A stretch of DNA of 64,000 nucleotides from Candidatus Latescibacterota bacterium (lineage in GTDB: Bacteria; Latescibacterota; UBA2968), in assembly GCA_965222605.1 (NCBI GenBank), contig OZ244960.1:2464001-2528000 (forward strand). The letters are read 5' to 3'. This document shows positions 9,843 to 19,974 of the stretch, in pieces. A model generated the notes under the pieces. It did not search any database and was not told the origin of the DNA. It saw nothing but the letters and a program-made list of their open reading frames with translations. The position numbers were made by a program, and so were the translations under genes. The stretch's first letter is position 1. The number at the start of each line of letters is the position of its first letter.

Positions 9843-10622
9843 ATGATTACTCGATTGACGATTCTTGCGTTATTGTTGACCCTAACGGCCCCAAAAGCCA
9901 TGGCGGAAACCAATCCCCCGGCCGAAGGATTTAATCAGTCAGGCTCAGATGCAAAAGCTATTGAAATTGCCGATGCCGTAATGGAAAAAATGGGCGGATG
10001 GGAAAATTGGAATCAGACCCGTTACATCACATGGCGTTTTTTTGGACGGCGCATGCATGTATGGGACAAATGGACGGGCAACCTGCGGCATGAAGATGGG
10101 AATATGCTCATCTTAATGAACATAAACACCAAAAAAGGCCGCGTGTGGTTTGATGGAACAGAAGCAACAAACGCCGACTCCGTAAAAAAATATGTAAATC
10201 AGGGTTACAGGCGATGGATCAACGACTCTTACTGGCTGGTCATGCCCTATAAATTGAAAGACACGGGCGTCACCTTAAAATACAGCGGCGAAGACAAAAC
10301 CCAGGATGACCGCCCCGCCCATAAATTGACACTCACCTTTCAAGACGTCGGCGTCAGTCCGCAAAACAAATACAATATATGGGTAGATAAAGAGCACAAT
10401 CTGGTAACAGAATGGGCTTTTTATCGCAAAGCATCGGACGCAGAATCGCGATTCCGCAACCCGTGGACAAATTGGACAAAACACGGCAATATCCTGATCT
10501 CCGACGGACGCGGCAGAGGCGGACGCAAGCATTCCGATATTGCCGTCTTTGATGCGTTACCCGCTTCGGTATTTGAAAGCCCCGACCCCGTAGACATGAT
10601 GGCTCTAAAAGGATCGATGTAG
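9843..10622 (+). CDS. Secreted Trp-rich conserved hypothetical protein (possibly LolA-like fold)
   Basis: Signal peptide MITRLTILALLL..AMA, AGGAG RBS, WINDSYWLVMPYKL. The fold is a guess. Confidence 0.7.
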   Translation: MITRLTILALLLTLTAPKAMAETNPPAEGFNQSGSDAKAIEIADAVMEKMGGWENWNQTRYITWRFFGRRMHVWDKWTGNLRHEDGNMLILMNINTKKGRVWFDGTEATNADSVKKYVNQGYRRWINDSYWLVMPYKLKDTGVTLKYSGEDKTQDDRPAHKLTLTFQDVGVSPQNKYNIWVDKEHNLVTEWAFYRKASDAESRFRNPWTNWTKHGNILISDGRGRGGRKHSDIAVFDALPASVFESPDPVDMMALKGSM

Positions 10623-10624
10623 AT

Positions 10625-11068
10625 CTATCCCGCGAGGATACGCTTCAGCGAATCAAAACCGCCTTGAAAAACGCCATTGCCGACAAAATCGACGAGATCA
10701 TCTTCCTCATCTGCCGGACAGCCAAATTCTGCAGTCCACTGAATATATGTCCGATTGCCATCTGTAACAGGCGTCAAACTCAACGTTGCCACATAATCTT
10801 CAACCGGCATAGGCGATTCGAGAATAGAATACGTACACGTAAATGTGACATCGCTCAACGTCAGCAATTGTTCGCGAATATTGCCGCCATCTTTCAAATT
10901 AAAATTGCGAATACAGCCCACGCTATCGCTGGATTCACCACCTTCAATATGGCTATCTGCAATCGCGGGATGCCATTCGGGCAGCGCATTAAAATCGCGA
11001 ATTTTTTCCCACACATCATCTACTGATGCGTCGAGAACAGAACTGACAAATACACTGGCCTTGGCCAT
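10625..11068 (-). CDS. SRPBCC/START (MxaD-like) ligand-binding protein
   Basis: VWEKIRDFNALPEWHP, VGCIRNF, IREQLL, YSILESP. Confidence 0.88.
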   Translation of the reverse strand: MAKASVFVSSVLDASVDDVWEKIRDFNALPEWHPAIADSHIEGGESSDSVGCIRNFNLKDGGNIREQLLTLSDVTFTCTYSILESPMPVEDYVATLSLTPVTDGNRTYIQWTAEFGCPADEEDDLVDFVGNGVFQGGFDSLKRILAG

Positions 11069-11215
11069 CTCATCCTCCTCGTTTTATTGTTTCAATTTTT
11101 TTCGTAAAGATTGGCACGCAATATACAAAAAAATCCAGGACAATCACAGCGAGGAAGACAAGGGTCTATCATCAAATGTAGGGCAAACCAATAATTAATA
11201 ACGGGAGGTTATAGC

Positions 11216-12265
11216 ATGCAGCTATTAAAAGAATTGTGTGAATGTTCAGGAGTACCTGGGCGCGAAGAGCGGTTGCGCGAAATAGTGCGGCGAGAGTTGG
11301 AACCCATCGCAGATGAACTTCGCGTGGATGGGATGGGCAATTTAATTATCAAAAAGAACGCAAGTGTGGGAGAAAATCCAAAAAAACTAATGCTGGCCGC
11401 GCACATGGACGAGATAGGTTTTGTCGTATCCCATATCGACAAAAAGGGCCTCTTGCGTCTCGTACCTCTGGGCGGGCATGATCCCCGCAACATGGTCGCA
11501 CAACGCGTAACCGTCGCCGGCACCCAAAAAGATTACACGGGCCTGCTCTACCCCGGAGTAAAACCGCCGCATATACAGACAGAAGCCGATCGCAACAAAA
11601 AACTGGACGTCAGCGATTTTGTCGTAGATCTCTATATGTCAGCCGATGAAGTCAAAGAAGAAATCGAAATCGGTGCAATGGTCACACTACAACGCGATTT
11701 CGCCGAAATTGGCGATGGCGTGAGTTGTAAAGCGATGGACAATCGGCTGGCCGTCTATGTGATGATTGAAGCGGTGAAACGGGCCGAATCTTATGCCTTT
11801 GAAACATATCCCGTAGCCACAGTACAGGAAGAAATTGGACTGCGAGGAGCAACGGCGAGTGCTTTTGGCGTAAATCCAGATGTAGGCGTGGCACTGGACA
11901 TCACACTGGCAGCCGACATACCGGGGATCCCCGAATATGAACAGGTAACGCGCCTGGGAGATGGCGCTGCGATAAAAATTCAGGATTCCAGTTCGATTTC
12001 ACACCCGGGATTGGTGGCGCACATGAAAACCCTGGCACAAGAGCGCGATATCAAATACCAGATGGAAATCTTGCCCCGGGGCGGCACAGACGCAGGCGGA
12101 ATACAGCGGATTCGGGCCGGCGTACCCGTAATCACCCTGTCCATTCCCACGCGCTACGTACACACATCAATCGAATTGGCGGACAAAGGCGATATTGAAG
12201 CCACCATTCAACTATTGGCCGCCTTTCTCGAAGAAGGCCACCGCACGGATTGGGATATGGTGTGA
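11216..12265 (+). CDS. M42-family (TET-like) aminopeptidase
   Basis: AAHMDEIG, KAMDNR, QEEIGLRGA, GGTDAG, RYVHT. Confidence 0.92.
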   Translation: MQLLKELCECSGVPGREERLREIVRRELEPIADELRVDGMGNLIIKKNASVGENPKKLMLAAHMDEIGFVVSHIDKKGLLRLVPLGGHDPRNMVAQRVTVAGTQKDYTGLLYPGVKPPHIQTEADRNKKLDVSDFVVDLYMSADEVKEEIEIGAMVTLQRDFAEIGDGVSCKAMDNRLAVYVMIEAVKRAESYAFETYPVATVQEEIGLRGATASAFGVNPDVGVALDITLAADIPGIPEYEQVTRLGDGAAIKIQDSSSISHPGLVAHMKTLAQERDIKYQMEILPRGGTDAGGIQRIRAGVPVITLSIPTRYVHTSIELADKGDIEATIQLLAAFLEEGHRTDWDMV

Positions 12266-12269
12266 TGGA

Positions 12270-13220
12270 TTACCGCGTCTGCTCTTCATGAAAGAGAAAT
12301 GACAGCAGTGTAAAACGGCGGCCCTGGGTCACGGGCTGGACTTCGTGGAGAAAAGAACTGGAAAACGCGATTGCATCACCCGCGAGAGGGCGATAGCGAT
12401 GGGGACCAAACTCGGGAAAAATCAGATGCCCACCTGTATAATCGTCATTGAGATTGAGCGTGAGCGCAAAGCGGCGGTGAGCAGTTGAAGGACTGAGATT
12501 ATCGCGGTGGGCGCGAAAAAAACCGCCACTTTCCGAGTCATAACACGCGATCTTAAAACCCTCGAATCGCGTCGCCCTGTAGTGGAAAGCGCGTTGTACT
12601 TCGGGCATAATCCGGCGCCCCACTGTGGAAGTAAGCAATCGCAAAAGTTGGGCATCGGTGACCTCGTGGTCTCGCCGCTTTTTCCTCTCGTAGTCAATAA
12701 CATCGCGCCGTACGCCAGACATAGAGCTTTCAACACCGGTCTCTGTATTGCCCTTTGTCGCCCATACATTGATGAGTGCCTGACAGATATCCGGGGTCAA
12801 AACATTGGGAATGAGGAGCACGGGAGCCTGGACATCGATATCAAGAGCCGGGTGAGAAGGCTGGCTCTTAAGCGCGCGATAAATCTGATCAAAGGCATTC
12901 GGATCCTGAATCCCCGACAAAACGCGCAAATTGGCGTCCAATGCAAACGCGGCAAAATCTCCCTCGAGACCATAGGCTTTGCCAACCGCGTTTTCACTGT
13001 CGATAAACACAGTAGCATTGGCCTCCAAGAGTTCCGATGCGCCAATAATAAAAACATCTACCTCTTCCGAAATCTCCAAATTTTCTAACCCCTGTTCTTC
13101 TCCGGTAAAAACCAAAAGTGTTGGGCGACCGCCTGCGCGGGAATAAAAGCGCGTTTGAGGACCGTCTATTGTCGGAAGAACAAAGTCGGGGGCGCGTTCG
13201 CCCCGGTTCAGGATACTCAT
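12270..13220 (-). CDS. Redoxin-like domain fused to a 2OG-Fe(II) oxygenase
   Basis: N-terminal GERAPDFVLP. C-terminal FFRAHRDN, LNDDYTGG, LHEVQPVTQGRR. Confidence 0.82.
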   Translation of the reverse strand: MSILNRGERAPDFVLPTIDGPQTRFYSRAGGRPTLLVFTGEEQGLENLEISEEVDVFIIGASELLEANATVFIDSENAVGKAYGLEGDFAAFALDANLRVLSGIQDPNAFDQIYRALKSQPSHPALDIDVQAPVLLIPNVLTPDICQALINVWATKGNTETGVESSMSGVRRDVIDYERKKRRDHEVTDAQLLRLLTSTVGRRIMPEVQRAFHYRATRFEGFKIACYDSESGGFFRAHRDNLSPSTAHRRFALTLNLNDDYTGGHLIFPEFGPHRYRPLAGDAIAFSSSFLHEVQPVTQGRRFTLLSFLFHEEQTR

Positions 13221-13242
13221 AGTGAGCCTCTTAGCATTTAAT

Positions 13243-14169
13243 ATGAATCATCATCCACATTGCTTTTATCTATTTCTTTTCTTCCTCGGATGTCTCGCTC
13301 CCGATCTCGGACAGAACATACCCATCCAATCCGCATTCAACCCTCAACAACAAGTACCCCAGACCCGCGCCCCCCTCAAAATCGACCCCACCATTCTCCA
13401 GAACCGCACCTTTAACGAAGCCCCCATGTTCTCTGAACAGGTCAAACGAGGCAAACTCCCACCCGTCTCTGAACGACTTCCCGAAAATCCCCTCGTCATT
13501 GTTCCCATTGAAGAAATCGGGACCTACGGCGGCACACTCAGCCGCGCCCTCGTCGCCGCACCAAAACACATCCTGTCTTCCCTGCACCCCAAATACAATC
13601 CCAAAACCGATTACAACGCCTTTCGCGAGGCCACGACCAACGCGCAGTTGCTCATGCAGCCCGGCATTCCCCGCATCTCTGCCTGGATCCCCGTCGAATG
13701 GATTCGAGGTCAGCGCATTATCTATGAACGCAATCCCTATTACTGGAAAATAGATACAGCGGGCAATCAGCTTCCTTATGCCGACCGCATCATTTTCAAC
13801 GTCATCCAGGACCCTCAGGTAATCCTGCTAAAATTCATCAACGGCGAACTCGACCTGATCGGGCGTTATACGCGCATCGATATGTTCCCCACCCTAAAAG
13901 TAAAAGAGAAAAACGGGAAATTCAATCTCCGAATCACCGGACCCAACAGAGGTCCGGCCTACCACCTCAACTGGGACGCGCCCAGACCCGCCTTGCGAGA
14001 AGCTTTTCGCAACAAAAACGTCCCCATCATCACCATTGGTTCTGCGTACCACGTTTGGGGTGCCAGCAGTCGCCTGGGCAATATCCCGTATGAAAACGTG
14101 GCCGACAACGCCTTTCTGGGCTGGAGTCGGCCGGTGTTTCACGAGCAGATATTTGTGAAAAGCTATTAA
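13243..14169 (+). pseudogene. Family 5 ABC solute-binding lipoprotein with apparent internal deletions
   Basis: Lipobox FLGC, EAPMF..GKLPPVSERLPENP, ERNPYYWKIDTAGNQLPYAD. Only about 308 aa, with abrupt junctions and no permease genes nearby. Confidence 0.65.
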
Positions 14170-14987
14170 AAAAAGGACCTCAAGAAATTTGCTGACCGGA
14201 TAGCGGCTTCATCGGGTGGCAGGTCCCCGCCAAAGGCGTGATGTAGCGTTACATAACCGCGGTAATTGATGCTGTGCAACCCATCAAAAACTTTTTGAAA
14301 ATCTATGCCGCCAGATTCATCGAGCGGTCGCAAAGTGGAATAAACCCTGCCGCGCACCCAGGTGGTCATAGGCATATCGCCATCCGGGTCTGGGACGTGA
14401 TTTTGAAGATAGACATTAAAAAGATAGGGTGCATAGCGTTTGAGGGTATCGGAACCGTAGTTTTCACCGCACAAAGCCAAATTGGCCGGTTCGTAAATAA
14501 TGCCAAAATTCGGCCGATCAATGCTCTGAAGTGTCTCGATCGATCCCGCAACAGTTTCAAAGAGGCTCTGAGTGTGTGATTGATGTGCCAGGCGTATATC
14601 TCGCTCGGCTGCTTCGTCGGCTGCGCGCTGGGCGTGCGCGATATCTGCATTGATCTTGATACAGACGCGCAGTAAATTGCAGCCAAGCGCGTCAGCCAGA
14701 TCGAGGTGCGGGGTAATATTGCGCAAGCTCTCCGGTCCATTGGAGCCATTCTCGGGTATAGCAAAATCGCCGGTTGCCATAGAAACGGCGAGATTGTGTT
14801 TTTTCAAAATATGTTGCACCTCAATAACGCGTTCGGGCGGGCTGTGCGTACCCACGCCCGATGCACGCATGCAAAGTGCTTTATAACCCGCATTTTGGGC
14901 AATCTCCGCGAGTTCGGGGAGGGCAATTGTCAAATTGCGTTTATTGCGAAAGCTTTCGGCCACGCGAACAGAGAGAGAAAGTTGCAT
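14166..14987 (-). CDS. Sugar-phosphate isomerase/epimerase (xylose isomerase-like TIM barrel)
   Basis: LAEIAQNAGY, RPNFGIIYEPANL, GGIDF..LHSINYRGYVT. Start ATG 14987 behind GGAGA. Confidence 0.8.
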   Translation of the reverse strand: MQLSLSVRVAESFRNKRNLTIALPELAEIAQNAGYKALCMRASGVGTHSPPERVIEVQHILKKHNLAVSMATGDFAIPENGSNGPESLRNITPHLDLADALGCNLLRVCIKINADIAHAQRAADEAAERDIRLAHQSHTQSLFETVAGSIETLQSIDRPNFGIIYEPANLALCGENYGSDTLKRYAPYLFNVYLQNHVPDPDGDMPMTTWVRGRVYSTLRPLDESGGIDFQKVFDGLHSINYRGYVTLHHAFGGDLPPDEAAIRSANFLRSFF

Positions 14988-15101
14988 TGCGATCTCCAAA
15001 CAAGTACGAGGTGAAAATTTCAACTTGCATCAGGTGAATTTTTAACTATTCTTACCCTTACCATATATTTTTCCTTGCCACTGCGATGGAAGGTGGATGT
15101 C

Positions 15102-15755
15102 ATGATCGAAATGCGGGTTGTGGATTTACGTCAAGATCATTCGAAACAGAACGTGGTATGGCTGCAAAGTGTTGAAGGTAGTGTGATGGTACCCATTGAA
15201 ATTGGCCAAATCGAATATCGATCTATCCGCGCAGAACTGGCAGGTGAATCTATGCCGCGACCTCTTGCGTACGATTTGATGTGTACAGTATTGGCACATT
15301 TTGATGCCGAAGTTGAACAGGTACAGATTGTCGATCTGAAAGATCAGATTTTTTATGCCGAACTTATCCTCTTTGCTCGGGGTGAACAAGTGCGTTTAGA
15401 TGCCCGCCCCAGTGATAGCATCGTGCTGGCACTCAAATTTGACGCACCTATTTATATGGATGCCAAAATCATTCAGCAAGTAGGATTCAAAGTCCTCCGC
15501 ACCGAATATGGTTATGAACTTAAGCAATTAAATCCACCCCAGGAACCCGATGTTTCCGAAGAACCTGTTTTGAACATCGCGCAGGCAGCCGAGCGACCAC
15601 TGGAAGGTATTGATTCGCGGGGACAAGATATCGATCCAGATGAATTGCTGGAAATTTTGAAAGAGCAGATGAATAAAGCGGTTAAGGAAGAGCGGTACGA
15701 AGATGCGGGAATGATTCGAGATGAGATCGAGCGGATAGAGGCTAAAAGCAGGTAA
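15102..15755 (+). CDS. Bifunctional nuclease (DUF151) with C-terminal UVR domain
   Basis: PIEIG, PRPLAYDL, DARPSDSIVLAL. C-terminal AVKEERYEDAGMIRDEI. Confidence 0.88.
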   Translation: MIEMRVVDLRQDHSKQNVVWLQSVEGSVMVPIEIGQIEYRSIRAELAGESMPRPLAYDLMCTVLAHFDAEVEQVQIVDLKDQIFYAELILFARGEQVRLDARPSDSIVLALKFDAPIYMDAKIIQQVGFKVLRTEYGYELKQLNPPQEPDVSEEPVLNIAQAAERPLEGIDSRGQDIDPDELLEILKEQMNKAVKEERYEDAGMIRDEIERIEAKSR

Positions 15756-15810
15756 GAGGAAAGACGTAAAACGTGAGACGAAGCACCCCCTCTTACGTCT
15801 TACCTTTTAC
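15752..15810. repeat. Inverted arrays of tandem heptamers between convergent genes
   Basis: GTAAGAG-GAAAGAC-GTAAAAC-GTGAGAC, a loop, then CTCTTAC-GTCTTAC-CTTTTAC. Confidence 0.7.
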
Positions 15811-16107
15811 CGCCTTTAAGCGGGTTGCAACACAGTGCTGTGCGCTTCGACATGGCCGATATTTTCATCGATTTCGCGGCGGTTCATCATCCCAACAGTA
15901 ATAGCGTCAATAGCCGGGATATCGAGAACATAGTGGATAGCATCGCGTGCGGGCAGGTCGCCTCGGCCCACGACTTTCATCCCGTAAACACCAATATCGT
16001 TGGCCTCCATTTCTTCCAGAATGGGAACGACGCGTTCGGGGGGACCATCCATATTTTTGCCAGCGTAGTTGATACGCGCCAAAACAACATCCACCCATGG
16101 GCTAATA

Positions 16108-17008
16108 ACCTTTGGTGCTAGTAGATAAGAAGTTGTAAGTCGCCAGAAGTTTACCTATGCTGAATGAGTTAGCACCTCATTCATTCACAGCAGGGAGGTA
16201 AACTTCATGACGACTGAAATGCTGATCATTGACCTGTTCTGTCGGGTAGATGATCAAACGCAAGACCTTGAGAAACATCCTCAAGCCAAGCTCTATCCCA
16301 GCGAAGTCATCACGTTGGCCTTGCTTTTTGCGATTAAAGGGGTGGGCAATCGCGCCTATTATGATTGGCTGATAAACGATTGGCAGCACCTGTTTCCTAA
16401 CTTACCTCATCGCACGCGCTTGTTTCGCCTCTTTTTAAGGCATCAACACGCCACAAGCCGATTTTTAGCCGAAAAGAGCGTGTTGGGCATCATTGATAGC
16501 TATGGCATTGAGTTGATTCATCCGATCCGAGAAGGCAGAAGTCCTGCTCAGATCGGGAAGAAAGGCAAATCGAATTATCGCTGGATTGTCGGTGGCAAGC
16601 TCTGTCTGTTGATCAATCAATGGGGTCTCATCGTGGATTGGGACTGTCAGACAGCTAATGTTCACGATACCACCTTCCACCATCTCATCAAGCAGGTGCA
16701 ATCAGACATGGTCGTCTTTGCCGATGTCGGCTTTCAAAAAGCGCAAGACAACCCAGAAAACTTAAAAATCTGTCCGCGTGGCACTTGGAATGAGCGCATG
16801 GTGGTTGAAACCATCTTATCTATGATGACGCTCGTGTGGCATTTTAAGAAAGTCATGCATCGGGTCTGGAGCTATTTTGCAATGCGATTGGCTTTTACCA
16901 TGGCCGCCTTCAATATCTTGGTACAATGGCAGGGCTTTAAACCCGATGAAGATGGGTTCATTAACCTTGCCATCGCACACTTCAGAATATAACACTAGCA
17001 CCAAAGGT
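16108..17008 (+). mobile_element. IS982-family insertion sequence, 901 bp
   Basis: Perfect 15-bp terminal IR (ACCTTTGGTGCTAGT / ACTAGCACCAAAGGT). 5-bp target duplication TAATA at 16103-16107 and 17009-17013. Confidence 0.9.
16207..16992 (+). CDS. IS982-family DDE transposase
   Basis: LFCRVDD, KLYPSEVIT, FPNLP, IIDS (D), ANVHD, FADVGF (D), RMVVET (E). GGGAGG RBS. Confidence 0.85.
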   Translation: MTTEMLIIDLFCRVDDQTQDLEKHPQAKLYPSEVITLALLFAIKGVGNRAYYDWLINDWQHLFPNLPHRTRLFRLFLRHQHATSRFLAEKSVLGIIDSYGIELIHPIREGRSPAQIGKKGKSNYRWIVGGKLCLLINQWGLIVDWDCQTANVHDTTFHHLIKQVQSDMVVFADVGFQKAQDNPENLKICPRGTWNERMVVETILSMMTLVWHFKKVMHRVWSYFAMRLAFTMAAFNILVQWQGFKPDEDGFINLAIAHFRI

Positions 17009-17612
17009 TAATAGCTGCTTGCTCGAAGGCATCAATATCGTGACAGGAAACACCGTGTGCGCGAATGATGCCTTTTTGCTTTTTACGGGCGAGGATATCC
17101 ATAACGCCTCGATAGGAGATGGGCCAGTTCACATCTGTCAGGCAGTGCATGAGAACGATATCGATATAATCCGTATTTAGTTCGCTCAAAATGCGGTCCA
17201 TATCGCGCTCCGCCTCATAGGCTGTTGTCGCGCGAATTTTGGATGTAATGACAACCCGGTCGCGATCGATGTGCTCCAACGCGCCTGCAAGATGGGCATG
17301 ACTGCCGTATTGATCGGCACTATCCCAAAATGTAATGCCTCGCTCAAAGCCATAGATGAGCAAGTCAGTGAGCGCGCGCGTCCCCAGATCCGTCTGGTTG
17401 GAACGCCTACCCCAGCCATTAGTGCCAGTACCAAAACTGAGTTGAGAGACCAATATGCCAGTGGTGCCAAGTTCGACGGTTTTCACGGTGAACTCCTTTC
17501 CTGTCTTCCGAGTTTTTTGTTATATTGTTTGTATATTAAAGCACAGTTGTGTATTCGTCAATGGATTTTGGGCCCTCTCCTCTGAGGGGGAAAGAGAAGG
17601 AATATTGCTGCG

Positions 17613-18653
17613 ATGAGACTGGGGCTTGTTGGATTGCCGCAGGTCGGTAAAAAGACGCTATTCCGCTTGCTAACCGGGCATACAGGTGAAATGGGGCAGG
17701 CAAAGGTGCGAGATGTGCGGTTTGATCGGCTGGTGGAAATGTATAAACCCGCACGCGAAGTACCTGCGGAGATGGCATTTGTGCTATTGCCCGATTTGGA
17801 CACACAGGCCGATCGCAATATACCTGTTTTTCGAGATTTGGAGCAGGTAGATGTGATTTGTTTGCTCGCCCGGGAATTTGAAGACGATACCGTATTTCAC
17901 ATTGCGGGCGACTTAGATGCCAAACGCGATATACGAGCTTTTTGGGAGGAATTGTTGCTCGCCGACCTGATCTTTGTAGAAAAGCGATTGGAGCGATTGG
18001 CAAAAGAGCGGCACGCAAAAGACAGACTGCGAGCGGAGCAAGAAAAGGACTTAATGACGCGCATGCAGGCGCATCTGGAAACTGGAAAACCCCTGCGTCA
18101 ATTTGCGCGCACAGCAGAGGAAATAAAACTGACATCGAGCTATCCCTTCTTAACCACCAAAGCAGTGATCGTGGTGCTAAACACGGGCGAAGATCAGATC
18201 AACAACAATGAAATTGTAGATGAAATAGCCGCTGATTTTGCCGACTGTGATTTTGAATGGATCGCGATTTCCGCACAGATTGAAGAAGAGATTTCGCTGC
18301 TCGACGACGAGACACGCGAGGAGTTTCTCGCCGACCTCGGTATTGAACAACCCGCGCTGGATCGGTTGACCCTGTTGTGTTATGAAACTCTCGGATTAAT
18401 TTCATTCTTTACAGTGGTCAACGACGAAGTGCATGCCTGGACCATTCCAAGAGGCACCCTATCACCGCAGGCGGGCGGCGCAGTTCACGGAGACATCGAG
18501 CGGGGATTTATTCGGGCTGAAGTCATGCGCTACGAAGATTTAATCACCTTGGGAGATGAGCAAAAGGTAAAAGCAGCCGGTAAGCTAATGGTCAAAGGAA
18601 AAGATGCAGAGATTTTTGATGGCGATGTGATACACTTTTTGTTTAAGGTTTGA
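17613..18653 (+). CDS. YchF-like Obg-family protein with degenerate NTPase motifs
   Basis: GLVGLPQVGKKTLF, LGLISFFTV, HGDIERGFIRAEV, DGDVIHFLF (TGS/DUF933 domain). Confidence 0.88.
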   Translation: MRLGLVGLPQVGKKTLFRLLTGHTGEMGQAKVRDVRFDRLVEMYKPAREVPAEMAFVLLPDLDTQADRNIPVFRDLEQVDVICLLAREFEDDTVFHIAGDLDAKRDIRAFWEELLLADLIFVEKRLERLAKERHAKDRLRAEQEKDLMTRMQAHLETGKPLRQFARTAEEIKLTSSYPFLTTKAVIVVLNTGEDQINNNEIVDEIAADFADCDFEWIAISAQIEEEISLLDDETREEFLADLGIEQPALDRLTLLCYETLGLISFFTVVNDEVHAWTIPRGTLSPQAGGAVHGDIERGFIRAEVMRYEDLITLGDEQKVKAAGKLMVKGKDAEIFDGDVIHFLFKV

Positions 18654-18760
18654 AGCTATGTGCGCAACGTTTCAGTCGTTATTTTCTTTACACACAAAGC
18701 CTTTTTACATATTATCTAACGCTCTACAAAGAACCGTTTCACGACAAAGGAGATCGCATT

Positions 18761-19045
18761 ATGGCCGCCAAAATCTCGGAAATATTCACCGAATACGAAG
18801 AAGCGAACAAAGGCCTGGAGCCTACGACCAGTAAGTTTGATACCGAACAAGAAATCCCGGTGGAAAAGCATTGCTGCATCACGGGCGAAGCAGTAAAATC
18901 GAGCTTTTGCCGTTATCCCGACGAAAAAGAAGGCACCATAATGGTCATATCAAAAGAGCAGATGCTATTGCACTCCCGCAATGGTGGAAATATTTCAAAG
19001 ATATTTAAGCAAGTATTGACACTTCGCAGAAAACGGGAACAATAA
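18761..19045 (+). CDS. Small hypothetical protein (94 aa)
   Basis: AAGGAG RBS before ATG 18761; fills the intergenic gap; no recognised family. Confidence 0.6.
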   Translation: MAAKISEIFTEYEEANKGLEPTTSKFDTEQEIPVEKHCCITGEAVKSSFCRYPDEKEGTIMVISKEQMLLHSRNGGNISKIFKQVLTLRRKREQ

Positions 19046-19089
19046 GCGGCGCCCCATCGCGGTTTCCATCCCTCCACCCCCTTCGAGAA

Positions 19090-19974
19090 ATGCGCGTGAA
19101 AGACGGCGTCTTGAAATACGGCTTTGTGGGTCCCGCACTGATCTTTCTGATCGCATTCAACATTTTTCCCCTCTTTTACAACATCTACCTCAGCTTTACC
19201 GATGCCGAACTCAGTGGCGGTGTTGCACAACTCGTGGGTGGGCGCAACTACGGCGTCATCTTTGACGACACGCGCTATGGCACGGCCCTTCGCACAACCG
19301 GACTATTCGTAGTTCTGGCAGTCGCGATCGAACTCTTTCTCGGCTTTGCCCTTGCCCTCGCCCTTCAAAAACCCTTCTGGGGAAAACCCGTCATCACCAC
19401 CATTCTCCTGGTGCCTATGATGTTATCCCCCGCAGTCATGGGCCTGTACTGGAACTTTATTCTCAATGGACATTACGGCGTCGTCAATCAAGCACTGGCC
19501 GTCTTTGGCCTCTTCCAACCGCAATGGCTAACCGATCCCGATTTGAAACTCTTCTCCATCCTGATGATCGACATCTGGATGTGGACGCCGTTTATGATGC
19601 TCATCGCACTCGCCGGTCTCAATGCCATACCCAATCACCTCTACGAAGCCGCAGCCATTGACCGGGCATCCAGTTGGACCGTCTTTCGGCGCATCACCCT
19701 TCCCCTGTGCTCACCCCTCCTCTTTCTCGCAGTCCTGCTGCGCACCACAGATGCCCTCAAGCAATTTGACCTCGTCATGGCTGTCACAGGTCCCAATGAT
19801 CGCGCAACCCAAACATTGAGTGCCCTGCTCTACCAGGTCATGTTTCGCGGATATAAAATTGGACTGGGCAGTTCTTATAGCATCGTCATTCTTCTCGTCG
19901 TCATCGCGCTCGCAAGTATATTTATCCGATACATCGCCAGCATCCAGGCAAAACAGGGAAGGGAAAGCGCGTGA
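19090..19974 (+). CDS. Carbohydrate ABC transporter permease (MalF-like)
   Basis: Hydrophobic; WMWTPF; EAA loop LYEAAAIDRAS..FRRITLP. Confidence 0.92.
   Translation: MRVKDGVLKYGFVGPALIFLIAFNIFPLFYNIYLSFTDAELSGGVAQLVGGRNYGVIFDDTRYGTALRTTGLFVVLAVAIELFLGFALALALQKPFWGKPVITTILLVPMMLSPAVMGLYWNFILNGHYGVVNQALAVFGLFQPQWLTDPDLKLFSILMIDIWMWTPFMMLIALAGLNAIPNHLYEAAAIDRASSWTVFRRITLPLCSPLLFLAVLLRTTDALKQFDLVMAVTGPNDRATQTLSALLYQVMFRGYKIGLGSSYSIVILLVVIALASIFIRYIASIQAKQGRESA

Larger units (their letters stand above)
15816..17486 (-). pseudogene. Aldo/keto reductase interrupted by an IS
   Basis: N-terminal half has LSFGTG, WDSADQYG, ELNTDYIDI. Removing the IS and one TAATA restores the in-frame sequence AFEQAAISPWVDVVLARIN. 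Confidence 0.9.

Noticed and set aside
11112-11127. TGGCACG sigma-54 promoter upstream of the M42 peptidase
   Set aside because: The -24 element matches but the -12 position reads ATAC rather than TTGC.
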